A DNA stretch of 59,300 nucleotides, the filler included. It is 7 parts of 7 records of this genome, joined end to end, with 100 filler letters (N's around TTAATTAATTAA, not from the genome) between each part and the next. Parts side by side here need not be neighbours in the genome. Positions count along the whole stretch, not along the records: positions 8,570 to 16,935 come from SRR31147125_21292; positions 17,036 to 22,830 come from SRR31147125_21341; 5 more parts are not named here. One strand, written 5' to 3'. The stretch's first letter is position 1; the number at the start of each line of letters is the position of its first letter. Below, piece by piece: positions 10,314-20,233 of the stretch. Position numbers and translations under genes: made by a program. The notes beneath the pieces are model-generated. The model was not told where the DNA came from. It saw nothing but the letters and a program-made list of their open reading frames with translations, and ran no database searches.

Positions 10314-11091
10314 TATCAAGGGAGTAATTACAGATATTCATCGCACATCACTTGTTGATGGCCCAGGAATACGTACAAGCATTTTCATGAAAGGTTGCCC
10401 CCTTCGATGTATTTGGTGCCATAATCCTGAAACTCAACTTATGACTATAGAAGAAAACTATGGAAGAGAAGTAGATATTGACACAGTGTTTTCGGAATGT
10501 ATAAAAGATCGTTTTTTCTATGACGAGAGCAATGGAGGTGTTACCATTTCAGGAGGGGAGCCATTCATGCAACCCAAATTTACAATTCAGCTTCTAAAAT
10601 GCCTGAAAGAATATGGCATTCACACAACACTTGACACTTCCGGCTATGCTTCACAATCTACCTTCCAAGAATCACTAGCAGTTACCGACCTGTACCTATT
10701 CGACTATAAAGCAAGCAATCCTTCAAAACACCTTGATTTTGTAAAAGCTAGTCAACAACAAATCATCGAGAACTTGAATTTTATTATTTTGAATGGAGCA
10801 AAAGTAATCCTCAGATGTCCGATAATCCCCAATGTTAATGATGATCACGAACACCTTAATGCAATTTCAGAAATGGAATATAACTACGCATCTTTAGTTC
10901 AAATTGAAATCTTGCCCTGGCACACAATGGGAAATATAAAATACTCAAAGCTGGGCATATCTATTGATCCCAGACTTCCTAAAAATAACACCTCACCCAA
11001 ATTACTAGAAAACTATCGCACATTTTTTTTAAAGTCAGGAAATAAAAAAATAAAAATCCCCACCCCAGAAGAGACACTGTCGCATCCATAA
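10306..11091 (+). CDS. glycyl-radical enzyme activating protein (radical SAM)
   Basis: DGPGIRT..FMKGCPLRCIWCHNPE (CxxxCxxC), GGVTISGGEP, LDTSGY; ATG 10306 overlaps the GRE stop. Confidence 0.93.
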   Translation: MNNIKGVITDIHRTSLVDGPGIRTSIFMKGCPLRCIWCHNPETQLMTIEENYGREVDIDTVFSECIKDRFFYDESNGGVTISGGEPFMQPKFTIQLLKCLKEYGIHTTLDTSGYASQSTFQESLAVTDLYLFDYKASNPSKHLDFVKASQQQIIENLNFIILNGAKVILRCPIIPNVNDDHEHLNAISEMEYNYASLVQIEILPWHTMGNIKYSKLGISIDPRLPKNNTSPKLLENYRTFFLKSGNKKIKIPTPEETLSHP

Positions 11092-11223
11092 TTTTCCATA
11101 CTCACCAGAACATAAACACTCCCCATCACACCTATCTAATCTTCAATCAGAGTCATCATAAATTCCATTATCACATATTCCAGATACGAACTCACTAAGG
11201 TCGGACTTAAAAAGTCCAACACC

Positions 11224-11937
11224 CTATTCCTCCAACAACTCAGAAAAATCTACTTCATCATTACCTTTACTTGATTCTAACACATTTTGATCTGCGCATA
11301 TTAAAGTTCGTGCAGGATATTTATTCAAAATTGGGTAGTCATGGGTTGCCATTAGAATGGTTTTTCCCTGATCGTTAATTTCCTTGAAAATATTCATCAG
11401 ATTCTCGGAAGTTTCCGGGTCAAGGTTTCCTGTTGGCTCATCGGCTAAAATAATATCAGGATCATTCAGTAAAGCACGTGCCACAACAACTCGCTGCTGC
11501 TCACCACCAGAAAGTTCATGTGGCATTTGCAACTGATAATCCAGCATGCCAACTTTCTCAAGCACTTCCTCCACCCTAATCTTTACATCTGCCTGTTTCC
11601 ATCCAGTAGCCTTCAGGACAAAAGCAAGATTCTCGAATACAGTTCGATCAATCAATAGCCGAAAATCCTGAAAGATAACCCCTAGCTTTCTTCTTAAAAA
11701 TGGAACTTCAGATTGCCTAATTTCTCTGAGATTATATCCAGCTATGGTAGCTTCCCCAGAAAAGAAATCAAGTTCTGCATTTAATATTTTAATCAGACTT
11801 GACTTACCGCTACCTACTTTTCCAATAAGGTAAACGAACTCACCTTCTTCTATTTCAAAACTAACATTGCTAAGAATAAGTTTATCCTGTTGAAAAACAT
11901 CAACATTTTCGAGAGAAATAATCGCATTGCTTTCCAT
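11224..11937 (-). CDS. ftsE: cell division ATP-binding protein FtsE (Bacteroidota type)
   Basis: Walker [44 protein letters not shown]; divergent from the TPR and barrel genes as commonly seen in Bacteroidota. Confidence 0.85.
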   Translation of the reverse strand: MESNAIISLENVDVFQQDKLILSNVSFEIEEGEFVYLIGKVGSGKSSLIKILNAELDFFSGEATIAGYNLREIRQSEVPFLRRKLGVIFQDFRLLIDRTVFENLAFVLKATGWKQADVKIRVEEVLEKVGMLDYQLQMPHELSGGEQQRVVVARALLNDPDIILADEPTGNLDPETSENLMNIFKEINDQGKTILMATHDYPILNKYPARTLICADQNVLESSKGNDEVDFSELLEE

Positions 11938-12085
11938 ATGATGAACCAATTTACAATTTAAAGAATCAAACTTTTAGCCTATACACTTTTTGGCTCTGTT
12001 GATTTTTTCAGCTTTCTCCTTTGGGGCGGTGTAATTTAAAGCTGAGAAACAATTACCACCTGCATTAATCCCCTTCGAATTAATA

Positions 12086-12093
12086 CAAAACTA
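12086..12093 (-). promoter_or_regulatory. putative Bacteroidota -7 promoter element upstream of ftsE
   Basis: TAGTTTTG on the minus strand matches TAnnTTTG. Confidence 0.4.
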
Positions 12094-12218
12094 ATTTTTT
12101 TTGCCCTTCAAAATACTATTGTGAGGAAATAAACAGTTTCTTGTTAAGAAGTCGGTTGCATAATCGTCTTATTGCGATAACAGATTCACTATTTTTATGC
12201 AAAAATTAAACAAAGTTT

Positions 12219-15200
12219 ATGAGAACTAAATGTTTTCTACTTCTGCTGTTTATTGGTTTGTTCCCGGCACTTCTTTTCGCCCAGCAAACAAGCTACTACT
12301 CTTCTCTATCAGCAGATATCCAGCAAGCAAAAGAACTATTCAATAAGAATAAATTTATTTCTGCTCAGGAAAAATTTGAAACCGTTGCCCAAAAAGCAGG
12401 TACTGATTCTGAACTTAAGTCGGAGGCCATGTTTTATCAGGCACTATGCGCTTTACGCCTTGAGAACGAAAACAGCCTGCAGCTAGTCGAACAGTTTATT
12501 GACAAACACCCGGAAAGTCCATATACCAACAAGGCATGGTTTGAACTTGCGAATTATCAGTTCAACGAGGGTCAATATGGCAAAATGCTAAGATCGTACC
12601 GTAAAGCAAAAACGGGAACATTAAGCAAAGATGATCAGACTAAAGTCAGCTATCAAAAAGGGTATGCCTACTTCCAAACCAACAAACACCAACAGGCTGA
12701 AATTGAATTCAATAAAATAAAAGACACCCGGAATTTATACGCTGCACCTGCAAAATACTACTGGGCTCACATTAAGTACGAACAAGAAGACTACGATGCA
12801 GCAATTTCTGAATTTGAGAAACTAAAAGACAACCAGGCTTTTGCTGCTGTGATTCCATTTTACATTAGTCAGATTTATTACAAACAAGGAAAATACGCCG
12901 AGGTTGTTGATTTCACCGTTCCTCTTTTATCAAAAGTAAAATCAGATCAAAAATCAGGACTGGAAAAAATTATTGGTAGCTCTTATTTTCATTTAAACGA
13001 ATTCGACAAAGCTATCCCTCATCTTGAAAACTATTTTAACAAAACGAAAAGCCGTCAGCGTGATGAAAATTACATGCTTGGATATTGCTATTACGTAAGC
13101 GGTAATTACAACAAGGCAATTGCCCCCTTCGTATTTGCAACAAAAGGGAAAGATGAACTTGCACAGAATGCTTACTATCATTTAGCCGATTCATATATCA
13201 ACTCTAACCAAAAGGATAAGGCCAGGGTTGCATTTGAAGCTGCATCTGAAATGGATTTTAATGCTGAAATTAAAGAAGATGCACTGTTCAATTTTGCAAA
13301 AATAACCTATGAACTTTCATATTCCCCATTTAATGAAACCATAAAAGCATTTGATAAGTACATTTCACTCTATCCAAATTCTGAGAGAAACGATGCAGCT
13401 TACGACTACCTGGTAAATGTATACATGAGTACCAGCAACTATCGGGATGCGATTGCCTCAATTGAAAAGATTCAGGTAAAAAACGCATCTGTAAAAAAAG
13501 CATATCAACGCGTAAGCCATTACAGAGGGCTGGAACGGTTTAACAACCTGGACTACATTGGCGCAATTAAACTTTTTGACACCTCGTTGCAAAATGGACA
13601 GTACAATAATGAACTAAATAATTCTTCAATTTTCTGGAAAGCTGAAGCCAATTATCGGTTACAAGATTATAATTCTGCAATTTCTGGTTTCAATCGGTTT
13701 CTGGAAACACCAGGTTCAATTTCTCAAGCTGAATACCACACCATTCATTACAACTTAGGATACGCTTATTTTAAGTTGGAAGATTATTCTTCTGCAAAAT
13801 CACTTTTTGAGAAATTTTTATCTACCAATAAAGAGAATCGCACTGAAAAACTTGCCGATGCATACAATCGTTTAGGCGATTGCTATTTTCTTTCCAGGGA
13901 CTATAAAAACGCCGTCACAAAATACGAATCATCCTATAGCATAAAAAGCTACGATCCCGATTACGCCTTATTTCAAAAGGCAATTTGCCTTGGTCTTTTA
14001 CAAGAACATAATCAGAAAATAAGTACGCTCCGTTCATTAGTACAAACATTTGCCGATTCCCCAATGATTGATGATGCTTTTTATGAACTTGGCCGCGCAT
14101 GCGAGCGAAACGGACAACCCAAAGTAGCTACTGGCTATTATAACGATTTACTCGAAGAACATCCGCAAAGTAGTTATCGTCCAAAAGCAATGTTGCAATT
14201 AGGTTTGATTTTATACAATCAGGGTGATTTTAAAAAATCGATGCCTTACTACAAACAAGTCATCGAACAATACCCAGATAGTCCTGAATCACAGGCAGCC
14301 TTACTTGGCATAAAAAACAATTATGTGGAAATGAATAATGTTGATGGGTATTTTGCATATACTCGTCGTTTAGGATCAGGAGTTCAAGTTTCTATTTCGG
14401 AGCAAGATTCATTAAGCTACCTTGCCGCTGAAAAGCTATATATGGCTCAAGACTCAAAAGCAAAAGAACAACTGGAAAAATACCTACGACTTTACCCTTC
14501 AGGCAATTTTTCAATTAATGCGCATTTCTATTTGGCAGAAAGTCGCTATCAGGATAAGCAATTCTCACAAGCAATTAACGATTACGAATATGTATTGGCT
14601 CAAACCGATAATATTTTTACTGAACCAGCTCTTTCAAAAGCATCGGAATTGCAATTCAATGCATCAAATTACGAGAAGGCCCTAAGCTATTTTGAAAGAC
14701 TGGAACAAAGTTCGAATACAAAGTGGAACATCCTGAAAGCACGTGCAGGGAAAATGCGCTGCTATTACGAACTGGCAAATTACCCTGCCACTATTGATGC
14801 ATCTAAAAGCTTGTTAAGTTCTGATAAACTAACTGATATTCTAAAACGTGAAGCCAATTACAAATTGGCTAAAAGTTACTATCACAACAATGAATCTGCA
14901 AAAGCTCTTCCTATTTTCGGAAACCTTGCTGAAGACACTAAATCAGAAGAAGGTGCTGAATCAAAATATTTAATTGCTGAGATTTTAGCAAACCAAAACC
15001 AACAAGAAAAAGCCGAAGAAGAAGTAATGGATTTCATTTCAAAAAATACACCTCACCAATTTTGGTTGGCAAAAAGCTTCATTCTACTTTCAGACATATA
15101 CCTATCGCAAGGGGATGAATTTCAAGCTACCCATACCATAAAAAGTATTGTTGAAAATTATCCGGTTTCTGATGACGGAATTATTGAAACAGCTTCAGCA

Positions 15201-15284
15201 AAATTAAGACATCTGGAAGAACTTCAATCCAACCAAGAGCAAACTGAAGAAAGCCCCATGCAAATTGACATTAATGAACAATAA
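12219..15284 (+). CDS. large periplasmic tetratricopeptide repeat protein
   Basis: Signal peptide followed by many TPR repeats (e.g. YQKGYAYF, YNLGYAYFKLEDY, YNRLGDCYF). Confidence 0.92.
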   Translation: MRTKCFLLLLFIGLFPALLFAQQTSYYSSLSADIQQAKELFNKNKFISAQEKFETVAQKAGTDSELKSEAMFYQALCALRLENENSLQLVEQFIDKHPESPYTNKAWFELANYQFNEGQYGKMLRSYRKAKTGTLSKDDQTKVSYQKGYAYFQTNKHQQAEIEFNKIKDTRNLYAAPAKYYWAHIKYEQEDYDAAISEFEKLKDNQAFAAVIPFYISQIYYKQGKYAEVVDFTVPLLSKVKSDQKSGLEKIIGSSYFHLNEFDKAIPHLENYFNKTKSRQRDENYMLGYCYYVSGNYNKAIAPFVFATKGKDELAQNAYYHLADSYINSNQKDKARVAFEAASEMDFNAEIKEDALFNFAKITYELSYSPFNETIKAFDKYISLYPNSERNDAAYDYLVNVYMSTSNYRDAIASIEKIQVKNASVKKAYQRVSHYRGLERFNNLDYIGAIKLFDTSLQNGQYNNELNNSSIFWKAEANYRLQDYNSAISGFNRFLETPGSISQAEYHTIHYNLGYAYFKLEDYSSAKSLFEKFLSTNKENRTEKLADAYNRLGDCYFLSRDYKNAVTKYESSYSIKSYDPDYALFQKAICLGLLQEHNQKISTLRSLVQTFADSPMIDDAFYELGRACERNGQPKVATGYYNDLLEEHPQSSYRPKAMLQLGLILYNQGDFKKSMPYYKQVIEQYPDSPESQAALLGIKNNYVEMNNVDGYFAYTRRLGSGVQVSISEQDSLSYLAAEKLYMAQDSKAKEQLEKYLRLYPSGNFSINAHFYLAESRYQDKQFSQAINDYEYVLAQTDNIFTEPALSKASELQFNASNYEKALSYFERLEQSSNTKWNILKARAGKMRCYYELANYPATIDASKSLLSSDKLTDILKREANYKLAKSYYHNNESAKALPIFGNLAEDTKSEEGAESKYLIAEILANQNQQEKAEEEVMDFISKNTPHQFWLAKSFILLSDIYLSQGDEFQATHTIKSIVENYPVSDDGIIETASAKLRHLEELQSNQEQTEESPMQIDINEQ

Positions 15285-15301
15285 CAGAAAACACTAGAAA
15301 C

Positions 15302-16935
15302 ATGATAAATAAACTCATTCAACATTGCGCTATTCTGGTTCTGGCTTTTACCCCAATTCTTTTATCTGCGCAAAAAGATAGCCTTCGCAAAGAAGTTGAA
15401 GTTGTAAAGGCCTTTCAACCAAGCATATCTGATGCCTTTAAAATAAATGACATCCCAAAAATTGTAGACACAAAGCCTGAAAAACCAACTTTCAACTATC
15501 AGATAACCCCTCAGCCTGTTTTTAGTACATTCTCAACAGAATCGGTAAAAGCAGCTAAAATGATTGGAGAACCAAAACCAGAAATTGGAAAAGGACTTTT
15601 GAAACTAGGAATTGGAAACTACAAAACCCCATATGCAGAATTCTTTTTCAATGCAGACGCAGGAAAAAACACGGACTTTGGTCTTCATTTCAAACACTTA
15701 TCATCAAATGGCAAAGTAAAACTCATTAACGATGATAAAGTAAATGCACCACAAAGCAATAACCAGGCAGAAATATACAGCAAACACTATTTCGGTGGTT
15801 CAAACTTGCAAACAAAAGTCTACTTTGAGCGAAATGCACATCGTTATTATGGCTATACCGGTTCACAAATTAGCGATATAGACAAGGAAACAATCATCAG
15901 CAACTGGCAGGAAAAACAAGCATTCTCCAGAGGAGGTGTTTCGCTAAATCTACTCAGCAATCAAGCAAATCGAGCCGACACTGATTACGCTATTAAGTTC
16001 AATTATCAATACTTCGGAACCAAAACCGGACAAACAGAAAATTTTGCAGAACTCGGAACAAACCTAGCTCACGAATTTGATTCATTTAAAGGCTTACTAA
16101 ATGCCTCAATCAGCTACCTTAAAACAGATAGCATCTTCAACAACACAAGCAATGATTATGGAACGAAACAACAGATACTATTAAAAGCAAGTCCTGCTGC
16201 TTTATTTCAAGCTGACAATGCCTTATTAAAAGTAGGACTTAATCTTTTCATGATGCTTGATGATGACGCAGACGCCCGTCTATTAGTCACTCCAAATATT
16301 CGTGGAGAATGGTCGCCAGTAGAAAACATCCTCACAATTTATGCCGGAGCAAATGGACACTTAAAACAAAACCACTACTCCATCATAGCAAAGGAAAATC
16401 CATTTGTAAATCCGTTCCAGGATATTGAAAACAGCGAACACCAATACATTCTTTTTGCAGGCATTAATGGAAAGTTCAGTCAAAAATTCAACTACCGTGC
16501 ACAAGTTGACTATGCATCAATAAAAAACCAACACTTCTACACACTGAATCACTCAGGCTCAAACAATCCAGGCAACGCAAGCCCGGTGACTCTCGCAAAC
16601 ACCTTTGATGTTCAATATGATGATTTAAACCAGCTAACTATTGGTGCTGAATTATACTACACAGCTTCTGAATTATTTAATTTACATTTTAAAGGTAACC
16701 TATATTCATATGACTTGAATACACTCGAATCTCCTTGGCACAAGCCAGAATTCGATGCAACACTATCAGCCCAAGTCAGTCCGGAAGGACCTCTTAGTTT
16801 TACGGCAGATGTAATTATTGTTGGTGAACGAAATGCAACTGAAATTACAACAATTCCCAACAATGGCTTTACGGTTAACAATACAGTTATGGATCCTATT
16901 TTCGATTTAAACTTTGGAATTGAATACCAATACAG
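15302..16935 (+). CDS. outer-membrane beta-barrel protein (TonB-dependent receptor-like), 3'-truncated
   Basis: Signal peptide, EVEVVKAFQPSISDAFKI N-terminus, amphipathic beta-strands; typical partner of the upstream TPR gene. Confidence 0.75.
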
Positions 16936-17035
16936 NNNNNNNNNNNNNNNNNNNNNNNNNNNNNNNNNNNNNNNNNNNNTTAATTAATTAANNNNNNNNN
17001 NNNNNNNNNNNNNNNNNNNNNNNNNNNNNNNNNNN
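16936..17035. other. artificial contig spacer
   Basis: N44-TTAATTAATTAA-N44. Confidence 0.98.
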
Positions 17036-17036
17036 G

Positions 17037-17270
17037 GAAATAATTACACCCGATAAAAAAGTATTCGAAGGCGAAGTAAAACTTGTTCAACTTCCCGGTA
17101 GCAAGGGCGGCTTCGAAATTTTAAAAAACCACGCTCCGATAATTTCAACGCTCGAAAAGGGCGTAATAAAAATTAAGGATGGAAATAACAATGAACAGCT
17201 ATTTGAGGTGGATGGTGGTGTCGTTGAAAACAAGGGCAACAAAATTATTGTACTTGTTGAATCAGCTTAA
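17037..17270 (+). CDS. atpC: F0F1 ATP synthase epsilon subunit, 5'-truncated (not in the ORF track)
   Basis: Manual translation: EIITPDKKVFEGEVKLVQLPGSKGGFEILKNHAPIISTLEKG...VDGGVVENKGNKIIVLVESA*. This is the short Bacteroidota form lacking the C-terminal helices. Confidence 0.92.
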   Translation, partial: EIITPDKKVFEGEVKLVQLPGSKGGFEILKNHAPIISTLEKGVIKIKDGNNNEQLFEVDGGVVENKGNKIIVLVESA

Positions 17271-17292
17271 AACAAAATAGAAGTGATATATG

Positions 17293-17328
17293 CCCCGTAG
17301 ATTTTTTCTGCGGGGATTTTTATTTTTT
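17293..17328 (+). terminator. rho-independent terminator after atpC
   Basis: Hairpin CCCCGTAGA-TTTTT-TCTGCGGGG followed by ATTTTTATTTTTT. Confidence 0.8.
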
Positions 17329-17380
17329 AGATGAAGGCGTTCAACTGCTTTTGAAAAATATTGGTACCGGCTATTTTTAC

Positions 17381-17388
17381 TATCTTTG
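17381..17388 (+). promoter_or_regulatory. putative Bacteroidota -7 promoter of the toxin-antitoxin operon
   Basis: TATCTTTG (TAnnTTTG) just upstream of ATG 17395/17404. Confidence 0.5.
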
Positions 17389-17403
17389 AATAAAATGTAT
17401 ACT

Positions 17404-17652
17404 ATGGAAGCGGCAGAGTTAAAATTGAAATTATTCAGGCAAATAGATTCGCTTGAGAAAGGTAAGCTTCAGGAATTATATGGCTTATTCAATAATTACC
17501 TTAATAGTAAAAAAGGGATAAGCGACTGGGATATATTATCTGAAGAACAACAAACCGGGATTTTAGCTGCAATTGATGAATTAGATTCTGGAAAGGGAAT
17601 TCCACACGAAGATGTTATAACAAAATTCCGCAAGAAGTATACTCATGCCTAA
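17404..17652 (+). CDS. putative antitoxin (addiction module component)
   Basis: Small ORF with DWDILSEEQQ..I..AIDELDSGKGIPHEDV, overlapping the RelE/ParE toxin start; an alternative start is 17395. Confidence 0.75.
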   Translation: MEAAELKLKLFRQIDSLEKGKLQELYGLFNNYLNSKKGISDWDILSEEQQTGILAAIDELDSGKGIPHEDVITKFRKKYTHA

Positions 17653-17944
17653 ATCCGTAATCTGGTCTCCAGCTTCCGAAAAAGATTTTGCCAATATTCT
17701 TGATTATCTGGGTGATAATTGGAGTGACGTAGTTGCTTTGACTTTTATTGAGATTGTTGAGAGAATTTTATCACAAATATCCATTAATCCAAAACAGTAT
17801 CCGGTAATTTATGCTCACAAAAAAATTAGAAAATGTGTTATAACCAAACATAATTCGTTGTTTTATAGAGAGAAAAAGAAGCAAGTAGAACTTTTAAGGA
17901 TTTATGATACCAGGCAGGATCCTAAAAAATTGGTTTTTGTATAA
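17645..17944 (+). CDS. RelE/ParE family type II toxin
   Basis: VIWSPASEKDFANILDYL...NP..YP...IRKCVITKHNSLFYR..VELLRIYDTRQDP. Confidence 0.88.
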   Translation: MPKSVIWSPASEKDFANILDYLGDNWSDVVALTFIEIVERILSQISINPKQYPVIYAHKKIRKCVITKHNSLFYREKKKQVELLRIYDTRQDPKKLVFV

Positions 17945-18927
17945 TGAAAGTGAAATTTCTTGTAATAAGGTTTAGTTCTATCGGAGATATTGTTTTAACA
18001 TCGCCTGTAGTTCGTGGATTGAAGCAACAGGTTGAAAATTCGGAAATTCACTTTGTTACTAAAGAAAAACACGCTTGTCTTGTTCAATCCAATCCGCATA
18101 TCGATAAGGTTCACCTGCTGGGAAATAGTTTGAATGCTCTTATTCAGGAACTGGAAGAAGAGAATTTTGACTACATTATCGACCTGCATCATAATATCAG
18201 GAGTAATAAAATAAAGAGAAAGCTTAAAGCGCAGGCCTTTTCTTTTAATAAACTGAATTGGCAGAAAATGTTGATGGTTCAGTTTAAAATGAACAGGCTT
18301 CCTGAACAGCACATTGTTGACCGTTATCTTGAAACTGTTACTCTTTTTGATGTTGAAAACGATGGGAAAGGCCTTGATTATTTTATAAAAAACAGCGATG
18401 GATTTAAAGATGCTGATCTTCCTGAACTTTTTAAAAACGGATATGTTGCTTTTGTTATTGCAGGTACTTATTGCACCAAAAAGTTGCCAGTGCATAAAGT
18501 TTCCGAAATCTGTCAGAATGTACCTTTTCCTGTTCTTTTGCTTGGAGGCAGGGATGAATGCGATGAAGGCGAAAAAGTGCTTTCTCAATCAAAAGGGAAT
18601 GTGCTGAATTATGCCGGAAAGATTACCCTGAACCAATCGGCTTCTCTGGTTCGCGATGCTAAGCTTGTATTGACAAACGACACTGGATTGATGCACATTG
18701 CGGCGGCTTATAAAAAGAAAATTCTTTCGTTTTGGGGAAATACTATCCCTGGTTTTGGAATGTATCCTTATCAACCCGATGAGGCTTCGGAGATAATGCA
18801 AATTGAGGGTATGAAATGCCGGCCTTGTTCAAAACTTGGTTATCAAAAATGCCCAAAAAAACATTTCAAATGTATGGAAGACATTGATGTGAACCATGCA
18901 GTTGAGTGGATTCATAAAAATTATTGA
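17944..18927 (+). CDS. glycosyltransferase family 9 (ADP-heptose:LPS heptosyltransferase-like)
   Basis: IRFSSIGDIVLT, IIDLH, TNDTGLMHIAAA, CRPCSKLG. Confidence 0.92.
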   Translation: MKVKFLVIRFSSIGDIVLTSPVVRGLKQQVENSEIHFVTKEKHACLVQSNPHIDKVHLLGNSLNALIQELEEENFDYIIDLHHNIRSNKIKRKLKAQAFSFNKLNWQKMLMVQFKMNRLPEQHIVDRYLETVTLFDVENDGKGLDYFIKNSDGFKDADLPELFKNGYVAFVIAGTYCTKKLPVHKVSEICQNVPFPVLLLGGRDECDEGEKVLSQSKGNVLNYAGKITLNQSASLVRDAKLVLTNDTGLMHIAAAYKKKILSFWGNTIPGFGMYPYQPDEASEIMQIEGMKCRPCSKLGYQKCPKKHFKCMEDIDVNHAVEWIHKNY

Positions 18928-19102
18928 TGTATTATTTTTCTTCTATATTTTAACAACCTTTCACATTCTTTCTAACACCCTTTTAATTTTTTTCTGTCTC
19001 TAAAAGTGGAGCACTACTAGCAATTCAACGCTTAAAAATAACAGTTGAAAGTTTGGTTTGCTGTTTCGTATTATTTCTCTTTCAGGCGCCAGCGAAGAGA
19101 AA

Positions 19103-19110
19103 TAGATTTG
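19103..19110 (+). promoter_or_regulatory. putative Bacteroidota -7 promoter of the START-domain operon
   Basis: TAGATTTG (TAnnTTTG) 26 nt upstream of ATG 19137. Confidence 0.5.
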
Positions 19111-19136
19111 CCATTGAAAACAATAAAATTGATAGG

Positions 19137-19778
19137 ATGAGAATGCAACACAACTTAAAGCAAGGATTGTTGCTTTTGTTTCTAATGGGATTGATGCATA
19201 CAATTTCGGCAGGTGGCAAAGGTAATAATGAAGCCAACTGGTGTTTGGCGCGTGAGAAAAATGATGTCGCGTTGTTTTACCGTTGGATTGAACTAAGAAA
19301 CGGAGACAGAACACGTGAAATGAAGGCAGAGTTTACTATAAATGCAGAACTTAGCGATATTCTGGAACAATTTTCTACTTCGGAAAACTACTTGAAATGG
19401 GCTGTCGGAATTAAAAAATGTAACATTGAAAAGCAAAATGATTCGCTCTGGTATACCCACTCTGTTATGAGTTATCCCTGGCCTTTCAGGAAGAAAGATT
19501 TAATAACAAAACATTTTGTAAAACAGAACCATAAAACAACATCGATTTTTATTGAAGCTGCGCCTGAATTTAGAGCAGAGGTAAATGGGGTTGAAAGAAT
19601 GAAAAACTATCGGGGAACATGGAATTTTACCCCAATTGGCAATGGTACAACCAGTGTTGATTATCGCGTAATTTCTTACGAAAAACCTGCATTGCCAAGA
19701 GTTGTGCAAGACCCGGTAATTCAACGAATTTCAATTAATTCATTTGCAGAATTAAGAAACATAGCAGAGAAAAAATGA
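19137..19778 (+). CDS. START/SRPBCC lipid-binding domain protein, secreted
   Basis: Signal peptide; WCLAREKNDVALFYR, YLKWA, YPWPFRKKDL, GTWNFTPIGNGTTSVDY resemble bacterial START proteins. Confidence 0.8.
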   Translation: MRMQHNLKQGLLLLFLMGLMHTISAGGKGNNEANWCLAREKNDVALFYRWIELRNGDRTREMKAEFTINAELSDILEQFSTSENYLKWAVGIKKCNIEKQNDSLWYTHSVMSYPWPFRKKDLITKHFVKQNHKTTSIFIEAAPEFRAEVNGVERMKNYRGTWNFTPIGNGTTSVDYRVISYEKPALPRVVQDPVIQRISINSFAELRNIAEKK

Positions 19779-20233
19779 AAGCGATAGAAATTAGTATAGG
19801 GAATGGATTTAGAAATCTTTTTAAAATGAAAGGAGAGCCTCGCGTAGTGGCAAAAGGTTTTGCTCTTGGGTCTTTTGTGGGAATGTTGCCATTCCCCGGA
19901 TTTCAAATGCTGATATCGGCTGCATTGGCAACCGTTCTGAAAATAAATAAAACAGCTGCCATTGCCGGGGTGTTTAATACGAATGTGGCTACAGGAGCGT
20001 TTGTTTTTGCCTTTAACTACTGGCTTGGGCGAACCATTTTAGGATTTGAATCAACATTCGAAATGCCGAAGCGCGTTAATCTGAGTTTTGCAAAAACGGT
20101 AATCGAAGCCGGTTCCGATGTGTTTTTATCAATGTTACTTGGCGGTTTTATTACCGGAATTTTAGCCATGTTTCTCGGCTACTATATCTCACTTTCAATT
20201 TTAATCAGAAAAGAGAAAATCAATGCAGACTAA
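19775..20233 (+). CDS. DUF2062 family membrane protein
   Basis: PRVVAKGFALGSFVGMLPFPGFQ...NYWLGRTILG pattern. Confidence 0.85.
   Translation: MKAIEISIGNGFRNLFKMKGEPRVVAKGFALGSFVGMLPFPGFQMLISAALATVLKINKTAAIAGVFNTNVATGAFVFAFNYWLGRTILGFESTFEMPKRVNLSFAKTVIEAGSDVFLSMLLGGFITGILAMFLGYYISLSILIRKEKINAD

Noticed and set aside
11224..16935. ftsE / TPR / barrel trio as a novel system
   Set aside because: This arrangement is common in Bacteroidota and nothing unusual is visible here.
17995..18588. 197-aa antisense ORF and other long antisense ORFs (e.g. 46596-47252, 46130-46627)
   Set aside because: They overlap well-supported genes and have no recognisable motifs; shadow ORFs.
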